From contig JBHGNT010000017.1 in the NCBI GenBank assembly GCA_043228905.1, forward strand, positions 8,866,001 to 8,930,000: a stretch of 64,000 nt of DNA. The letters are read 5' to 3'. Each line of letters starts with the position of its first letter. Position 1 is the stretch's first letter. Under the pieces are notes generated by a model. It did no database searches. It saw only the letters and a program-made list of their open reading frames with translations, and was not told the origin of the DNA. Shown piece by piece: positions 32,090-45,620 of this stretch. Both the position numbers and the translations under genes were made by a program. The stretch is from Azolla caroliniana. Its lineage: Eukaryota > Plantae > Polypodiophyta.

Positions 32090-35000
32090 AATATAAAGTG
32101 AGGAAATTGTGCCTTAAGAGTATGCTCGCGTTCCCATGTGGCATTATCAATAGGTTTATCCATCCATTTGATCTTGAATAGCCGAATCTCTTTAGAACGT
32201 AAACGTTTAGTACGAGAATCAAGAATTTGTTCAGGAACATGAGGTTTGTAAGAAAAATCCTCTAATGTTATAAGATCTTGGATTGTGATGGTGTTATCAC
32301 CAGAGCCTAAAAATGGTTTTAGATGACTAACGTGAAAACAAGATGAATACCAACGTTACGGGGTAAGGCAAGGTGATAAGCAGATGACCCAACCCGCTTA
32401 AGGATTTCAAATGGGCCACAATATCGTGGGGTTCGTAGCGCATTTACCTATAGAAAATGACGTAGAGTCGGTAGGGACACGCAAAAAAACATTTTGACCA
32501 ATAGTAAATGCACCAGGACGTTTATCTTGATTAGCATAAAATCGAGCACGATCTTGAGTCGTCTTGACATTCTCTTTGGCAATATGCAACATTTGGTTCA
32601 TGTCTTGCAAAAAATTGTGTGTACTATCTAATGTATCACGATGAATCATGACATCAACTGGGGCACGTGGCTAAAAACCATACATCAACATAAAAGGACT
32701 ATATCCAGTGGATGTATGTTTAGAGCTATTATACGCAAATTCTAAGATAGGAAGGTATTGCTCCCACTTAGAAGGGGTTTTTTCTACATAAGCTCGAACC
32801 ATGTCCTCAATAATTTGATTAACTCGTTCAGTTTATCCATCAGACTGAGGAGGATTTGCGGAACTCATGCTCAACGTAGTTTCTAGTTTCTTAAAGACTT
32901 GAGTCCAAAAGTCACTAGTAAACTTTGAATCTCGAACACTAACAATATCCATCGGTAATCCATAAAAACGAAATAACTCATCAACAAATTGATAAGCCAA
33001 TGGTTGAGCAGTTACTGTGGTTTTGGTAGGAATAAATCTAGCCAGTTTTGTTAGTCTGTCAATGACAACCCAAATGGCATCATGACCCCTCTGTGTACGA
33101 GGTAAACTAACAATAAAATCCATCGAGATACTTTCCCATTTGTTATTGGGAATATCTAAGGGATGTAAAAGACTAGCAGAGCAGCTTTACGTTCCCCACT
33201 GACATTGGAAGCATTGAGTTACGTCTTTATGCACGTCAGAGCACATCTTAGGCTAGAAAAAAGTACTCGAGATGAAAACGAGTGTGCGTTGTATTCCAGG
33301 ATGACCAGTAGATGCTGCATCATGACATTCATGAAGAATTTTCTGTTTTACGTTTGGTAAATCTGGAACACAGACCTTTTCCACTATGGTAGAGCAAACC
33401 ATTTGTAATGTGAAAGGTCGCCTTCAAGGGTAGGGTGCTAGTATCGGCATCTAAACTAGATTCGGCTTTCGTCTAGTATTTCGAAAAATAATTGTCATCA
33501 AGGTATTTCCCTCAAAGGTGATCTAAAAGATCAGATTTTATTTCCATGAAGCTAAGAATGTTAACTTCTTTAATGCGACTAAGAGCATCCGCAACAATGT
33601 TCATAGAACCCTTGCGATACTGTATGGAAAAATCAAAATCTTGCATAAGGTCAGCTCAACGGCCTTTATGACCTAAAAGATCTGGCCGATCACAAAAATA
33701 CTTGTAGAGATAGTGCCTCCCTATTTTAAGTGCATGTATTACCGCAAACAACTCTTTCTCTTGAATTGAATACCGAGATTGAGCAACATCAAGCTTCTTA
33801 CTTTCAAAAGCAATAGGGTGACCGCCTTGATAAAGAACGGCACCAAAAGCATAATCACTAGCATCGGTTTCGATTGAGAAAGGCTTAGAAGGGTCCGGTA
33901 ATAGTAGAGTGGGAGCCAGACACACATGCCTTTGAGTGTCTCAAATGATTTGTCAAGTTGTTCATTCCATGCAATTGGTTTGAGAGACTTACGTGGATGA
34001 CCTTTTAAAAGGTCAGTGAATGGCGTAGTCAATTTGGAATAGTTACAAATTGATTTTCGTAAAAATCCAACAAACCCTAAGAATGATCGCAGTTCACGAA
34101 TATTACGAGGAATGGGCCAAATTTTAACCTTTTCAATATGAGAAGGTTCAATTTCAACACCATTTTCCGTAATTAAATGACCTAGGTACACAATAGATTT
34201 TTGGAAAAAATCACATTTTGAATGTTTTGCATAGAAAGAGTTGTCACCCAACTTTTGCAAAACAAATCGAACATGTTGAACATGATCTTGCAAGGTACGG
34301 CTATATATCAAAATATCATCCAAGAAGACAACAACAAAATCACCGAGTTGATCTCGGAAAACGTCATTCATCGCTTGTTGGAATGTGGTTGGAGCATTAG
34401 TCAACCCGAAAGGCATGACTAAAAACTCATAATGGCCATAGCGTGTATGAAAAGTGGTTTTAGGAATATCATCCTTGGCAATGCGAATTTGATAATAACC
34501 TGTCTGTAAGTCAAATTTCGTAAAATATCGGGCCCCATGCAAACGATCAATCAAATCATCGGCATGAGGTAACGGATATGCATTTTTAATTGTCATTTTA
34601 TTCAAACGGCGATAATTGATACACATTCGCCATGAACCTTCCTTCTTCTTAACTAATAGAACTGGTGCACCCCAAGGTGATTTACTATACCTAATCTGGC
34701 CCATAATCAAGTATTCCGTAAGTGGTTCAACGATCTCATCCTCTTCTAATCGACTCAGTCGGTAAGGTGGAATGTTCACAAGAGCAGCACTAGGAATGAG
34801 TTCAATTTGATGGTCCACATTACGTTATGGTGGTAAAGTAAGTGGCAATTCGTTAGGAAACACGTCTTGAAAATCGTCTAAAATAGAGTTGAGTAATCGT
34901 TGTTCATAATGTGGTAATTGTGTGGCGTCAATATTAAAATAATAAAATTGAAGAGCAAGATCAATTACACACAAATAAATTAATGAACTTGAATATTCAT

Positions 35001-36418
35001 TTAAAGATTTAGAAGACACAAGTGAACAAGAAGGAAGTTTGGAACATTGAATAAAATGTTTACAATTATTAAGTTCAAATGTGATTGAGTGATTAACCCA
35101 ATAAATGGACAAAGAAGGGTTTTTATTAAAAAACCAAGGGTATCCTAAAATGACATCTGCGGATTGTAGTTTCATAACATGAAAGTCAAGCTTCTCCAAA
35201 TAGGTATCTATTTGAATTGGCAGTTGACAAACAATGCCATTGATGTATTGAACACTTCCATTTGCCATGTGAACTTGATAGATATGATCACTTGCGTTTA
35301 TGTGGAGTTCCATTTGTTGCACAAAGTGATCACTAAAAAAATTGTGAGAACTACCGGAATCAAACAAGAAATGTGCTTGTGTTCCAGTGATATACCTGAC
35401 TCCTTGGAGTAAATCATTAGGTCCAAGTAAATGTGAAGGAAAAGTGCATTCACATGAACTAAGTGCTTGGTATTAACTTCAACAATATCAAGAGAATCAC
35501 CTGTGTGACTCATAGATTTGTCTTGAGGAGGGGTGCTCATTGACTTCCTCTCAAGACGACGACAAGTATCCTTTGTGTGGCTCTGTTTCTTGCAATATGC
35601 ACAGAAGAGATTAGGTTTCTTGGAGTTGCGGTCAAGAGTTTCATTGGATTGCTTAGGTTTCCCAATGAACTTGACATTCAGAGTTTTGGCGAACTCAAGT
35701 TTATTGTGGTCTTTCTTGGAAGTCCTATGGTACCGAAGTACAATGTTGACGGCTTCCTGAAAAGTTGTGGGGTCCTTGTCATGGACAATCCAATGGTAAT
35801 CCCCATTAGGAATACCATTCAAAAAGCAAGCAACAAACCATTTCTCACCCGTAAGTCCCGATTTTTGGATCTGGGTCCGAGCATGATGCACGTAATCCTC
35901 AAGAGAGGTAAATGGCTTACTCAACAACGTGAGCAACTGTTGCGCTTGTTCACTTGAGAAGGTGGCTGCAAAAATTGTTTCTTAAAAACATCAACGAAAC
36001 CTTCCCAAGTTGTGGGTAAGTTCTTTGCAGTCCTTAGGCCGTGCCACCAAGTAGCAGCTCGGCCACCTAACTCACGACCGACGTAACCGATTTTTACAGC
36101 ATCAGGCTTGGGGTGGAGCTCAAAGTGAGACTCCCAACGACCAAGGCTAGTGCTAATGGCCTCCTCGGTTCTTTCTTTCTTATCTCCCTTGAATGACGTT
36201 ACTACGAAAGAAGGCTCACCCTCTTTCTTGGACTCAATAGTCAATTCTTGGAATTTCTTTTCCAATGCCATATTGGCCTGCCTCATTTCGGCCAATTGAT
36301 TCAAGGTAGTAGTGAGCAATTGCTCAATAGTGATCTCAACTTGTGTGTGAGATGCGGATTGGAGTTGAGAGGTCTTAGTCGGAGAGATTGCTCCAACAAC
36401 ATTCAAAACTTGTTCCAT
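32090..36418 (-). pseudogene. C1 gag-pol with a C-terminal chromodomain-like segment
   Basis: CAYCKKQSHTKDTC, FDSGSSHNF, GAPVLLVKKKEG, VFLDD, ETDASD, MDFIVSLP. Segment PEQILDSR...KIKW...ATWE at about 32120-32240. Confidence 0.9.
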
Positions 36419-37635
36419 GATACAAGCTGTGGGTATGCAATATAAATAAGGAGGTTCAGAAAATACACAAGCAAAATGAATGCTTGAAATTTTGATTGTA
36501 TGAACTTTACCAAGAAAGCATCTAACGTCTTTACCCCTCTAGAAATATGAGATGTGATTTGAGATCCGATAACTATGGTAACACTATGGTGTTTTAAAAA
36601 CCATGGGGGAAAACATAGGTAAGATGTCTTTCTCGGATCTCTATCTTGAATAATCATGGAGGCTCCCCGAGGCTCAACCATTGTTCTAACATCAATGTAG
36701 TTTCCTAGTTAGCCTTATATTAGAATGTCAACCCAACATGTATTGATATGGTCGAGAAAGTGTATTACGTGAAAAAACAAGTGCACTCTCAAGTAATATT
36801 CTAGTCTTGTGAGTAACAAGCAAATGTTATGACCAAAACGATAAAATAAGGCATTACCCATTAGAATCAAGCAGTGATGAAAACAAGGGTCAAAAAACCC
36901 ATGTGTTACCTACTTAAAAAAAATGTCACAAATAAATGGATGGTGTGAGAGATGCACATATACATCCAAATATGGTGGTTGTAATTTGCACAATTATGAC
37001 ATAAGCCACAAATTGATACAAATGGTGGTGGTATTGTGCGCAAAGATGTAGTACTCAAATTTATGAGTAAAACAACAATAGGGGAACTCATATGATTTCA
37101 CTTGTGTTCTAAAGCTCATAATATGAGTTAAACCTAGAGGAGCTATTGGAAAATATCGTTCAAAAAACGTACGTAAATAATGTAGATGAACTTAAAATAA
37201 GGGCAAGAAAGAGCGTTAATTGTGGGTGGGTAAATGACAATTGCTAGAAAATTATACAAAAGTGAAACGAAAATTTGTATAATTAGAAATTAATTAGAAT
37301 AATAGGGTCAAAGCACACTATGGTGTACCAACTTTTGGCCAAAATTTTAGTACTAATTCGATGAGGAAAGAAAAATAATCCAATATTTGGGTTAAAAAAG
37401 TTGAGGTTGTTGGGTCACAGTCCTGGGTAATGTTGTACGGAAATCTTAACTGTAGAAGATCTCGAGTAGTCACTCAATTATGAATATAGTAAGTATGTCT
37501 CTCTCTCGATCTCTCTCTTGGCACATATGTTCATCTTGAACTGTCATTTAGTCTCTCTCTCTCCCTCTCTCTCTCTCTCTCCCTCCCTCCCTCTCTCCCT
37601 CTCTCCTTCCCCCTTCTACTCGCTGATTCCGCAGG

Positions 37636-37937
37636 TTCATACCTCCTCTCCCCCTCTCTGTCTCTCTTCTACCTTCTGTACAGGTCTCTGTAGACTCCAA
37701 GCGCGTCACTACTCGTCATTCGTACCTCCTCTCCCCCTCTCTGTCTCTCTTCCACCTTTTGCACAGGTCTCTGCAGACTCCAAGCGCGTCACTGCTCGTT
37801 GTTCGTACCTCCTCTCCCCCTCTCTGTCTCTCTTCCACCTTCTACACAGGTCTCTGCAGACTCCAAGCGCGTCACTGCTCATCGTTCGTACCTCCTCTCC
37901 TCCTCTCTGTCTCTCTTCCACCTTCTGCATAGGTCTT
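37636..37937 (+). repeat. 83-bp tandem repeat, about 3.6 copies, upstream of the transposon's second gene
   Basis: ACCTCCTCTCC recurs at 37641, 37724, 37807 and 37890. Confidence 0.9.
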
Positions 37938-39667
37938 TCAACCTCTCTAGGGCTAGTTGCGTTCTCTCTCCCTCAACTGACCTTGTTCTCCCTCACTGTT
38001 AGGTGTTCTGTGCTCACCGTGTCCTAACGACATCAACCTCTGCTCTGCTGGCTGGTTGTGTCCCCTCTGCTGGTTGTGACCTCTACTTTGCTCTACCTCC
38101 AGGTGTTCTCAAGTCATTGTGTTCCCTCTACCTAGTGTGTCTGTTTGCTTGCAACCTGTGATTCAAATGTGTCCCCTCTGCAAGGACTTCAGAAATGTAA
38201 TCGTGCTATCTGCAACCCTAACGACATCTGAAAAGGTAATCTTGCTTTAGGATTACCTTCACGTTCTGCTATATGTTAGGGTTTTGTTGTTGTTGTATGT
38301 GTTGTTCTCCCTTGATCATTTCAGACACTTGTACATGCATATGCTTGAAATTGAGAGTGTTTTACATGCATATGTCATTTATTGCATGATTTAGAATTTG
38401 GTACATGTTAACATATTGGAAGATGGTTCTATGATGGTACATTGCAATGATTTTCCATGGTTTCGCATGTATATGTTGTGTATCGGGAGTTGTGATTGAT
38501 GAAAAAAGACAGTTGTGATTGATCTATTGTTATTTACTATTGTTGTGTGTGTGAGGTGAAGAAGAGAGATAGGACTGAAATGACAAGGAAGACACCCACG
38601 AAGACGAAAATGGTCAAAGAAAATGTCAACACACCATGCAAGGAAAGAAAAAGGACCCCCATCAAAGAAAGTAAGATGACCCCCACTAGAGGGAGGTTTA
38701 AGTTGTCAACATCTCAGGGCAAGAAGATGTTCACAAACATCCTTCGAGGTAGAAAGTTAGGATAGGGATATTTCTTTCGTGCATGACCTAACACTTATGA
38801 AGATGTAGACATGTGGATGATCAAAACATGGGGCTCATCACAATCGGAGACAAGGAGAGGTTTTCACCTCACTCAATTGAAGAAGGATTATATCATTGAA
38901 CTAAAGTCACGATATGAACAAGTTTACGATACAAAACATATCCTAAACAATGAGGTAGGAATTGTTTTTGCACATGCATTTGCATATGAACTCCATGGTG
39001 GCATTGAAGTTGATTGGGAAGATTTTGCTCATCATCGATCATCACATTATAGAGGGTCCTCAAGTACCAACACTACTATGAAGTTTGAGGGTACCTCTCA
39101 CATTGAAATCCTAGCTAGGACATCTGTGTTGACTAAACTGATTGCAAAAGAAAGAGCTACACTGACAGAAAAGTATGAACAATGATTGTTGTGTTGCATA
39201 GCTTCCATGCAAACAAGAATGCAAGCGCTGCTCACCGATTTGGAAGAAGTTTCATCTAGTGAGATGGGGGCAGAGAAACAAATCACATCTATATCGAATA
39301 CATACGAATGGATAACAACAACAATCCAACATTCTGAAAGCGATGTGTTGAAAGAGGAGTTGAAGAAGGATCTGACAAATATGGGCACTCAACTAGGAAA
39401 ACAGAAGAAAGATCTGGAGACATGGAGGTCTTCTCGTTCTGAAATTGATGATAAGTTATCAGCCTTAAAAAGTCACTCTGAGAACCTGACATCTTTGATG
39501 AAGGGTCTAAAAGATAAAGGTTTAGATCCTCTATGGCCAGAAGTAGTTGAGCATCCCACTTGCAATGAAAGTACCATTACCAGAATTACTGTATCAAGGT
39601 AATGGTTTATATTTTTACAAGTTGACCTTCTATTGTATAAAATATCATCGTTGTCATGATATGGCAA

Positions 39668-39720
39668 GACTCGAACCCATGACCTTATGCTACATGGGTC
39701 GAGCTCTTACCATTAGACTA
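39668..39720 (-). promoter_or_regulatory. tRNA-like Pol III A-box/B-box module in the C2 LTR (second copy at 45641-45693)
   Basis: Minus strand reads TAGTCTAATGG ... GGTTCGAGTC, starts 43 nt apart. Confidence 0.72.
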
Positions 39721-40090
39721 TGAATTGCAATACATAGAATATTATTTTCCTTTATGTTTTATCATAGAAAATTGATGTATATTCCAGATCTCTCTCGAAC
39801 ATTCTAGAAGCTTCAGGATTATTGCTGAGAACACTATAAAAGAGGGCACTAGGCATTATGTTGAACCAAATTGGTTCATCGTCAGTCTTAAGCCTTTTAG
39901 CCACCATTGTATATTCTCTTCACATAATACATATCTCTTTCTTATCATCCCTCTCTCCCTCTCTCGATCTCTCTCTTTCTCTCCGTCTCGCTCACTTCTT
40001 CCTTCTCTCAAAGAAGTTCTACACCTCTCATAGTACTAATCCTTCGTTTAGTACTAATTCCTTCTCTGTCTTAGTACTGTTCCTGACAGT

Positions 40091-40102
40091 TTGAACCAAT
40101 TT
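40091..40102 (+). promoter_or_regulatory. Self-priming PBS (Tf1-type)
   Basis: TTGAACCAATTT is complementary to AAATTGGTTCAA in the LTR (45841-45852; 11 of 12 at 39868), about 33 nt downstream of TATAAA. No tRNA-type TGG. Confidence 0.8.
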
Positions 40103-40160
40103 TCCTAGCTTCTATCTCTCTCAGTTCCTACTAATCTCTTATTCCTCTTTTCTTTCATCC

Positions 40161-43100
40161 CATGGCCATTGTTAGCGCTGAAGAATATCAATCTATTTTC
40201 TCGGAATTTCAATGCTTGAAAGAGAAGTTCCATGCTTTGGAACAAGAAAACCAACGGTTGCTGGGGGATCTTCAGCAAATCTGCTTAGAAAAGTAGCAAA
40301 CGCAACAACAGCATGGGGAACTTGCGTTACGCGTGCAACAACTCGAAGCAACCATCATAGAGATGCAACAACAAGGGCCCGGAACACACAGGATTCATAA
40401 AGAACCAAAGATTGGCCTTCCCACGAAGTTCGATGGAACGCGATCGCAGTTTAGAGTTCCTTAACCAGGTATGATTAGTTATTCAAATGCATCCTTCCCG
40501 ATATCCCACCGATGCATCACGAGTGGGCTTAGTAGGCACTTTGTTAAGTGGCTCAGCATTGGCATGGTTCGCTCCACTATTAGAGAAGGAATCTCCGTTA
40601 CTCAACAATTTTGAAGAGTTTCTAGGTGAGTTTAAAGCATGTTTCGGAGATACTTACAGCATCAGGATCGCAATCAACAAAATTCGGCGATTACGCCAAG
40701 GTGACCGTCCAGCCTCTGCATACACTGCAGATTTTCGCCTACTCGCCGTCGATATCCCTTGGGATGATCAAGCGTTGATGGAGCAATTCCGTTATGGTTT
40801 ACGCAACGACGTCAAGGATTTACTCTTGACCTTCCCCGAAGAGCCAAAGTCCTTAATATAAGCAATCAGTCGCGCGGTGAGATGTGACAACCACCTCTTT
40901 GAGCGACATTCGGAACGACAGCTACAGATGCCGAGGGCAAGATCAGAGCCCACCTACGCCTCAGTGGTAGCAAGACCTTTTCCAAGGGAGTCATATAATG
41001 CGCCTCCAGCGAATACTCCGACTTCGATGGAGATTGACACTACACGTCGTCGAGGGCCATTATCCGAAGAAGAAAAGCAGCGACGCCGTACAAATCGACT
41101 ATGTCTTTACTGCGGTGGACCAGGACATATTGCAATAAATTGCCCCCATAGGCCAAGAAGACAGGTAAACCAAATAGTCGCTAGTTCTAATTGTACTAAA
41201 CCCGAGCCTATTTCAGTAGGGATATCTAATAGTCCTAATAGTACTAATAGCCTAGATCTAGCGAACAAATTTGATGTCCTTAGTCAGTTAGAAGAAGAGT
41301 TAAATGTCTAAGTCCCACCAAAATAGGAGCCGTTTGGTTGGACAACCCTAGATCTGTGCAGCCCATTAGTGGTTCCATTCCCTCTAAGCAAGTTAGTGAT
41401 GTGTTCATAGCCCAAGTAATAGGTAGTACTAAAAGTACCCCTCCAGTACATGTCCTAGCACTCCTAGATTCTGGAGCTAACTCTTGCTTTATGGATAAGA
41501 AATTTGCTCAAGCTCATAAGATATCCCTAAGAAAACTCTAGTGTCCAGCCTCTGTAGTAGTCATTGTTGGGAGACAGGTCCCTCCGGATGGGAAGGGAGA
41601 AGAACAGTGCCGACAAGCAAACTTGGCCGAGGCCGAAACGGTACGAGGAGCACCCGGCTACGGAGAGCCGGATGATACAGGCCCGGTATGAACCGGATGA
41701 GGAGTACCCGGCTACGGAGAGCCGAATGATACAGGCCCGGTATGAACAGGATGAGGAGTACCCGGCTACGGAGAGCCGGATGGTGCAGACCTGGTATGAA
41801 CCGGATGAGGAGTACCCGGCTACGGAGAGCCGGATGGTGCAGACCCGGTATGAACCGGAGGAAGAGACATATTCGTAAATATGTTTCTGAGAGCCAATTG
41901 TGGCTATATTTGTAAATAGCCGAAAAGTCATATTAGTATAAATATGACTTAGGGCAAAACTAATTATGTGTTTTTTGTTGTTACTTTTCTTGTTGGTGCA
42001 AGAAGAAGAGAGAGCGCAAAACTGTACAGAGAGAGAGAGAGAACGAGGCTGTTGCCTTTGTTGTAACCGTCGCCTGTGGCGAAGAGCGTGAGTCCGAGAT
42101 CGTTGCCTCCGAGAACTCACTGTTTTGTACATTCATACATAGTGACAGTTTGCAGCCTGTGGGCTGCCGTGGTTTTTCCTCCAGTTTGGGGTTTTCCACG
42201 TTAACCTCCTGTGTAGAGTGTGTGTATCTTCCTCTCCTTTGTATCGTGTTGTATTTCCCGTTTTTCTGTGTATGAAAAGAATCTCGGTTGTGGCCGAGCA
42301 TTGCACATAAGGAACCTTGAGTTCTCGTCAGTCATTGATGGACGTCCCATTGCTTCCGGAAATATCATAGAAGAGTTAGAGCCCATTAATATTGTCCTAG
42401 ATAACTTAGCATGTGTAGTATCATTTAATATTATTAGTATCCCAGAACATTCCATAGTTTTAGGATTACCGTGGTTCGAGTTACATAACCCAGACATAGA
42501 TTGGAGAACAAGAGAAATCCGGTGTCGACAAACCCAAGGGTCAACTCAGAAGATGGCAACCATTTCACTACGTCAGTTGCGTAAAGAAGGGCGCAAGGAG
42601 GAAATGTTCCTCTTTGCAATATCAGTAAACCCCTCCAGCACCACTAAAGAAGAATCCACCGTTCAACTTCCCGAGAAGTATCGTCATTACGCCGATGTGT
42701 TCGATAAAGTACAAGCCAACACACTTCCTCATCATTGACCGTACGATTGCCCCATCGATTTACAACTAGGAAAAGAGCCGCCATGGGGGCCGATCTACAA
42801 TTTGTCACCAACCGAGCTGGAAGTCCTTCGGGCCTATATAGAGGAGAATTTGGAAAATGGTTTCATTCGACATTCGAAATCTCCAGCCGGCGCGCCCATT
42901 TTCTTCGTCAAGAAAAAGGATGGATTGCTTCGTCTCGTTGTAGATTACCGTGGCTTTTCCCCTTATCTCAAGTCTTTTAGAACGGATCAATGGTGCCAAG
43001 TTCTTCACGAAGATCGACTTACGGGGAGCATATAACCTCATTCGGATCCGACCAGGAGACGAATGGAAGACCGCGTATCGCACCAGATATGGGCACTTCG

Positions 43101-45620
43101 AGTATACGGTCATGCCGTTCGGCCTCACTAATGCGCCGGCAGTCCTCCAGCACATGGCTAATGATATATTTCGAGATCTATTGGATGATTGTTTGATCAT
43201 CTATTTGGATGCTCTACTGGTTTATTCAAAGACCCAAGAAGAACATGATTCTCATGTACTATTAGTACTAAAATGACTTCGAGAACATAGTCTGTATGCA
43301 AAGCTGGAAAAATGTAGTTTCGAGTGCAACCAAGTGGAATTTCTCGGCTACATCATTTCATCAGAAGGCATCTCCATGGACTTAGCTAAGGTCAAAACGG
43401 TGGTAGAATGGCAGACTCCGCGTTCGGTGCGGGATGTGCAATGCTTCCTAGGCTTTGCCAATTTTTACCGGAAGTTCATACAAGATTACTCAAAGATCGT
43501 TCTACCTCTCACACAACTTACCAGGAAGGGAAAACCATTCATCTGGTCTGATGAAACGGACATGGCTTTCGAGAGTCTTAAAAAGGCATTTACATCGGCT
43601 CCAATTCTAGCTCATGTCGATCCGAAAAAACCATTCATTATCGAAGTTGACGCATCGGATTTTGCATTGGGGAGCATTCTGTCACAACAGGGGAATGATG
43701 AGAAGCTACATCCTATGGCTTTTCACTCACGCAAGTTTAACACCACTGAAATCAACTATGAAATTCATGATAATGAGCTATTGGCAATAGTGGATTCTTT
43801 TATGCAATGGAGGCATTTTCTGGAGGGATCCTCTCATCCAGTCACCGTGTTTAGTGACCACAAGAACCTTGCCTACTTTCAGGATGCTCGTGTGTTGAAT
43901 CGACGTCAAGCTCGGTGGGCCCACTTCCTCACGTGTTTCGACTTCAAAATTACATATCATCCGGGGAAGCACCAACGGAAGGCAAATGCATTATCACGAC
44001 GTTCGTATCTAGCACCCCGTCCCGACGAGCCAACTTTCAATAACCAAAAACAAGTCATCTTGGGACCGGCATGACTACAAGCAACACAAATCTTTGACAT
44101 GCCCATGGATTCCCGCGTTATCGATACCATACGTGAAGACTTGAAGACAGATGCGTTCGCCCAAGCTGTACTAGCACAAATTGATCCCTCTCAAGCGTCG
44201 TGTTCACAGTCGCAACCACCAGGTACAAACTATCGGCAATTCAAATACCATAATGGATTACTGTTCTTTAAAGAACTTTTGTATGTTCCTAATGGTTCTT
44301 GCCGCCTCCGAATAGTACAAAACTGTCATGACACATATACAACTGGGCATTTTGGTAGTACTAAAACATTAGATTTAGTACAACGATCATTCTGGTGGCC
44401 CTGTATGCGACAATTTGTCGAGGATTTTGTTCGGACTTATGATACATGCTGTAGAGCGAAAATGCCAAGGCATCATCCATATGGTTTATTAGAACCATTA
44501 CCAATTCCAAGCAAGCCATGGCAATCCATTGCTCTAGACTGCATCACAGATCTTCCAGTCTCTAAGGGGTTCAATGCGATTCTAATGGTGGTCAATCGAT
44601 ATACGAAGATGGCTCATTTCTTGCCATGTACTAAGGAGATCTCCAGTGAAGACACTGCCGAAATTGTCATGCGTGAAGTATGTCGGCATCATGAACTTCC
44701 CGATAGTATCATCAGCGACCGTGGACCCCAGTTCGTGTCAAAATTCTGGAAGCACCTTTTTAACATGCTCAAGCTCACTTGTAACCTCTCCTCCGGCTAC
44801 CACCCACAAACCGACGGCCAAGCCGAACGAACAAATAAAACGCTGGAGCAGTATCTGCAGTGCTTTCTCAGCTATCATCAGGATGATTGGGCAGATATTC
44901 TCCACTTCGCCGAATTTGCCTATAACAACTCTATCCACGCATCCATTAAAGTTACGCCATTTTATGCTTATACGGGATGTCACCCCCGGTGTGTACTTGA
45001 AACCCCATACGTGTCCACAAATCCGTGCGTGGAGGATCGTTTGGAGCGGTTATGCAAGATACAAGCGGATTTATCTACTCATCTCCAGCAAACTCAACAA
45101 ACACACAAGGTCTACGCGAATCGTCATCGACTTCCATCCAGTTTTAATATTGGAGATCGGGTGTGGCTGCTACGACGACACATCAAGACTACTCGCCCAT
45201 GTGAGAAGTTGGATTATCGGCGATTAGGTCCTTTCCGTATTATCGGAAAGATTAATGATGTTGCTTTTTTTCTCGATCTGCCTCCTCAACTTCGAATACA
45301 TCCGGTGTTTCATAGTTCTCTCCTCGAACCCTATCACAAGAGCACCATCCCAAGACGTCTTATACAACCTCCACCCCCGATCGAGCTTGAAGATGGGCCA
45401 GAGTATGAGGTTTCCGCCATCCTTGATTCCAAGATTGTTCGCAACAAGCTCTACTATCTAGTCGATTGGCTAGGCTATAGTCCCAGCGATCGTACTTGGG
45501 AACCGATCGAGAATGTGACCAATGCTCGTGCTCTTCTTGAAGACTTCCATCGTCAATATCCACACAAACCGGGTTCTCAATCCAAGACGACTTGTGCCAC
45601 TCGTCGTTTTAAAGGGGGAG
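40161..45620 (+). pseudogene. C2 gag and pol (PR, RT, RH, IN, group I chromodomain), disrupted
   Basis: [49 protein letters not shown], and YEVSAILDSK...YLVDWLGY...TWEP. Pol is in the -1 frame relative to the gag end at 41311. Confidence 0.93.
41565..42330 (+). mobile_element. Copia solo LTR (relative of the 2003-8679 LTR) inserted in C2 protease
   Basis: TGTTGGGAGACAGGTCCCTCCGGATGGG...TCA. TSD GTCAT at 41560-41564 and 42331-42335. Removal restores VVVIDGRP. Four 54-bp tandem units at about 41645-41860. Confidence 0.93.

Noticed and set aside
37316-37320. CACTA transposon terminus
   Set aside because: The inverted repeat extends outward to GGG, the right end reads CGCTA, the TSD is 4 bp, and the transposase motifs are not CACTA-type.
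41645-41860. CRISPR-like array (also 55030-55345 and 37636-37937)
   Set aside because: These are head-to-tail tandem units without unique spacers, inside eukaryotic TEs, with no cas genes.
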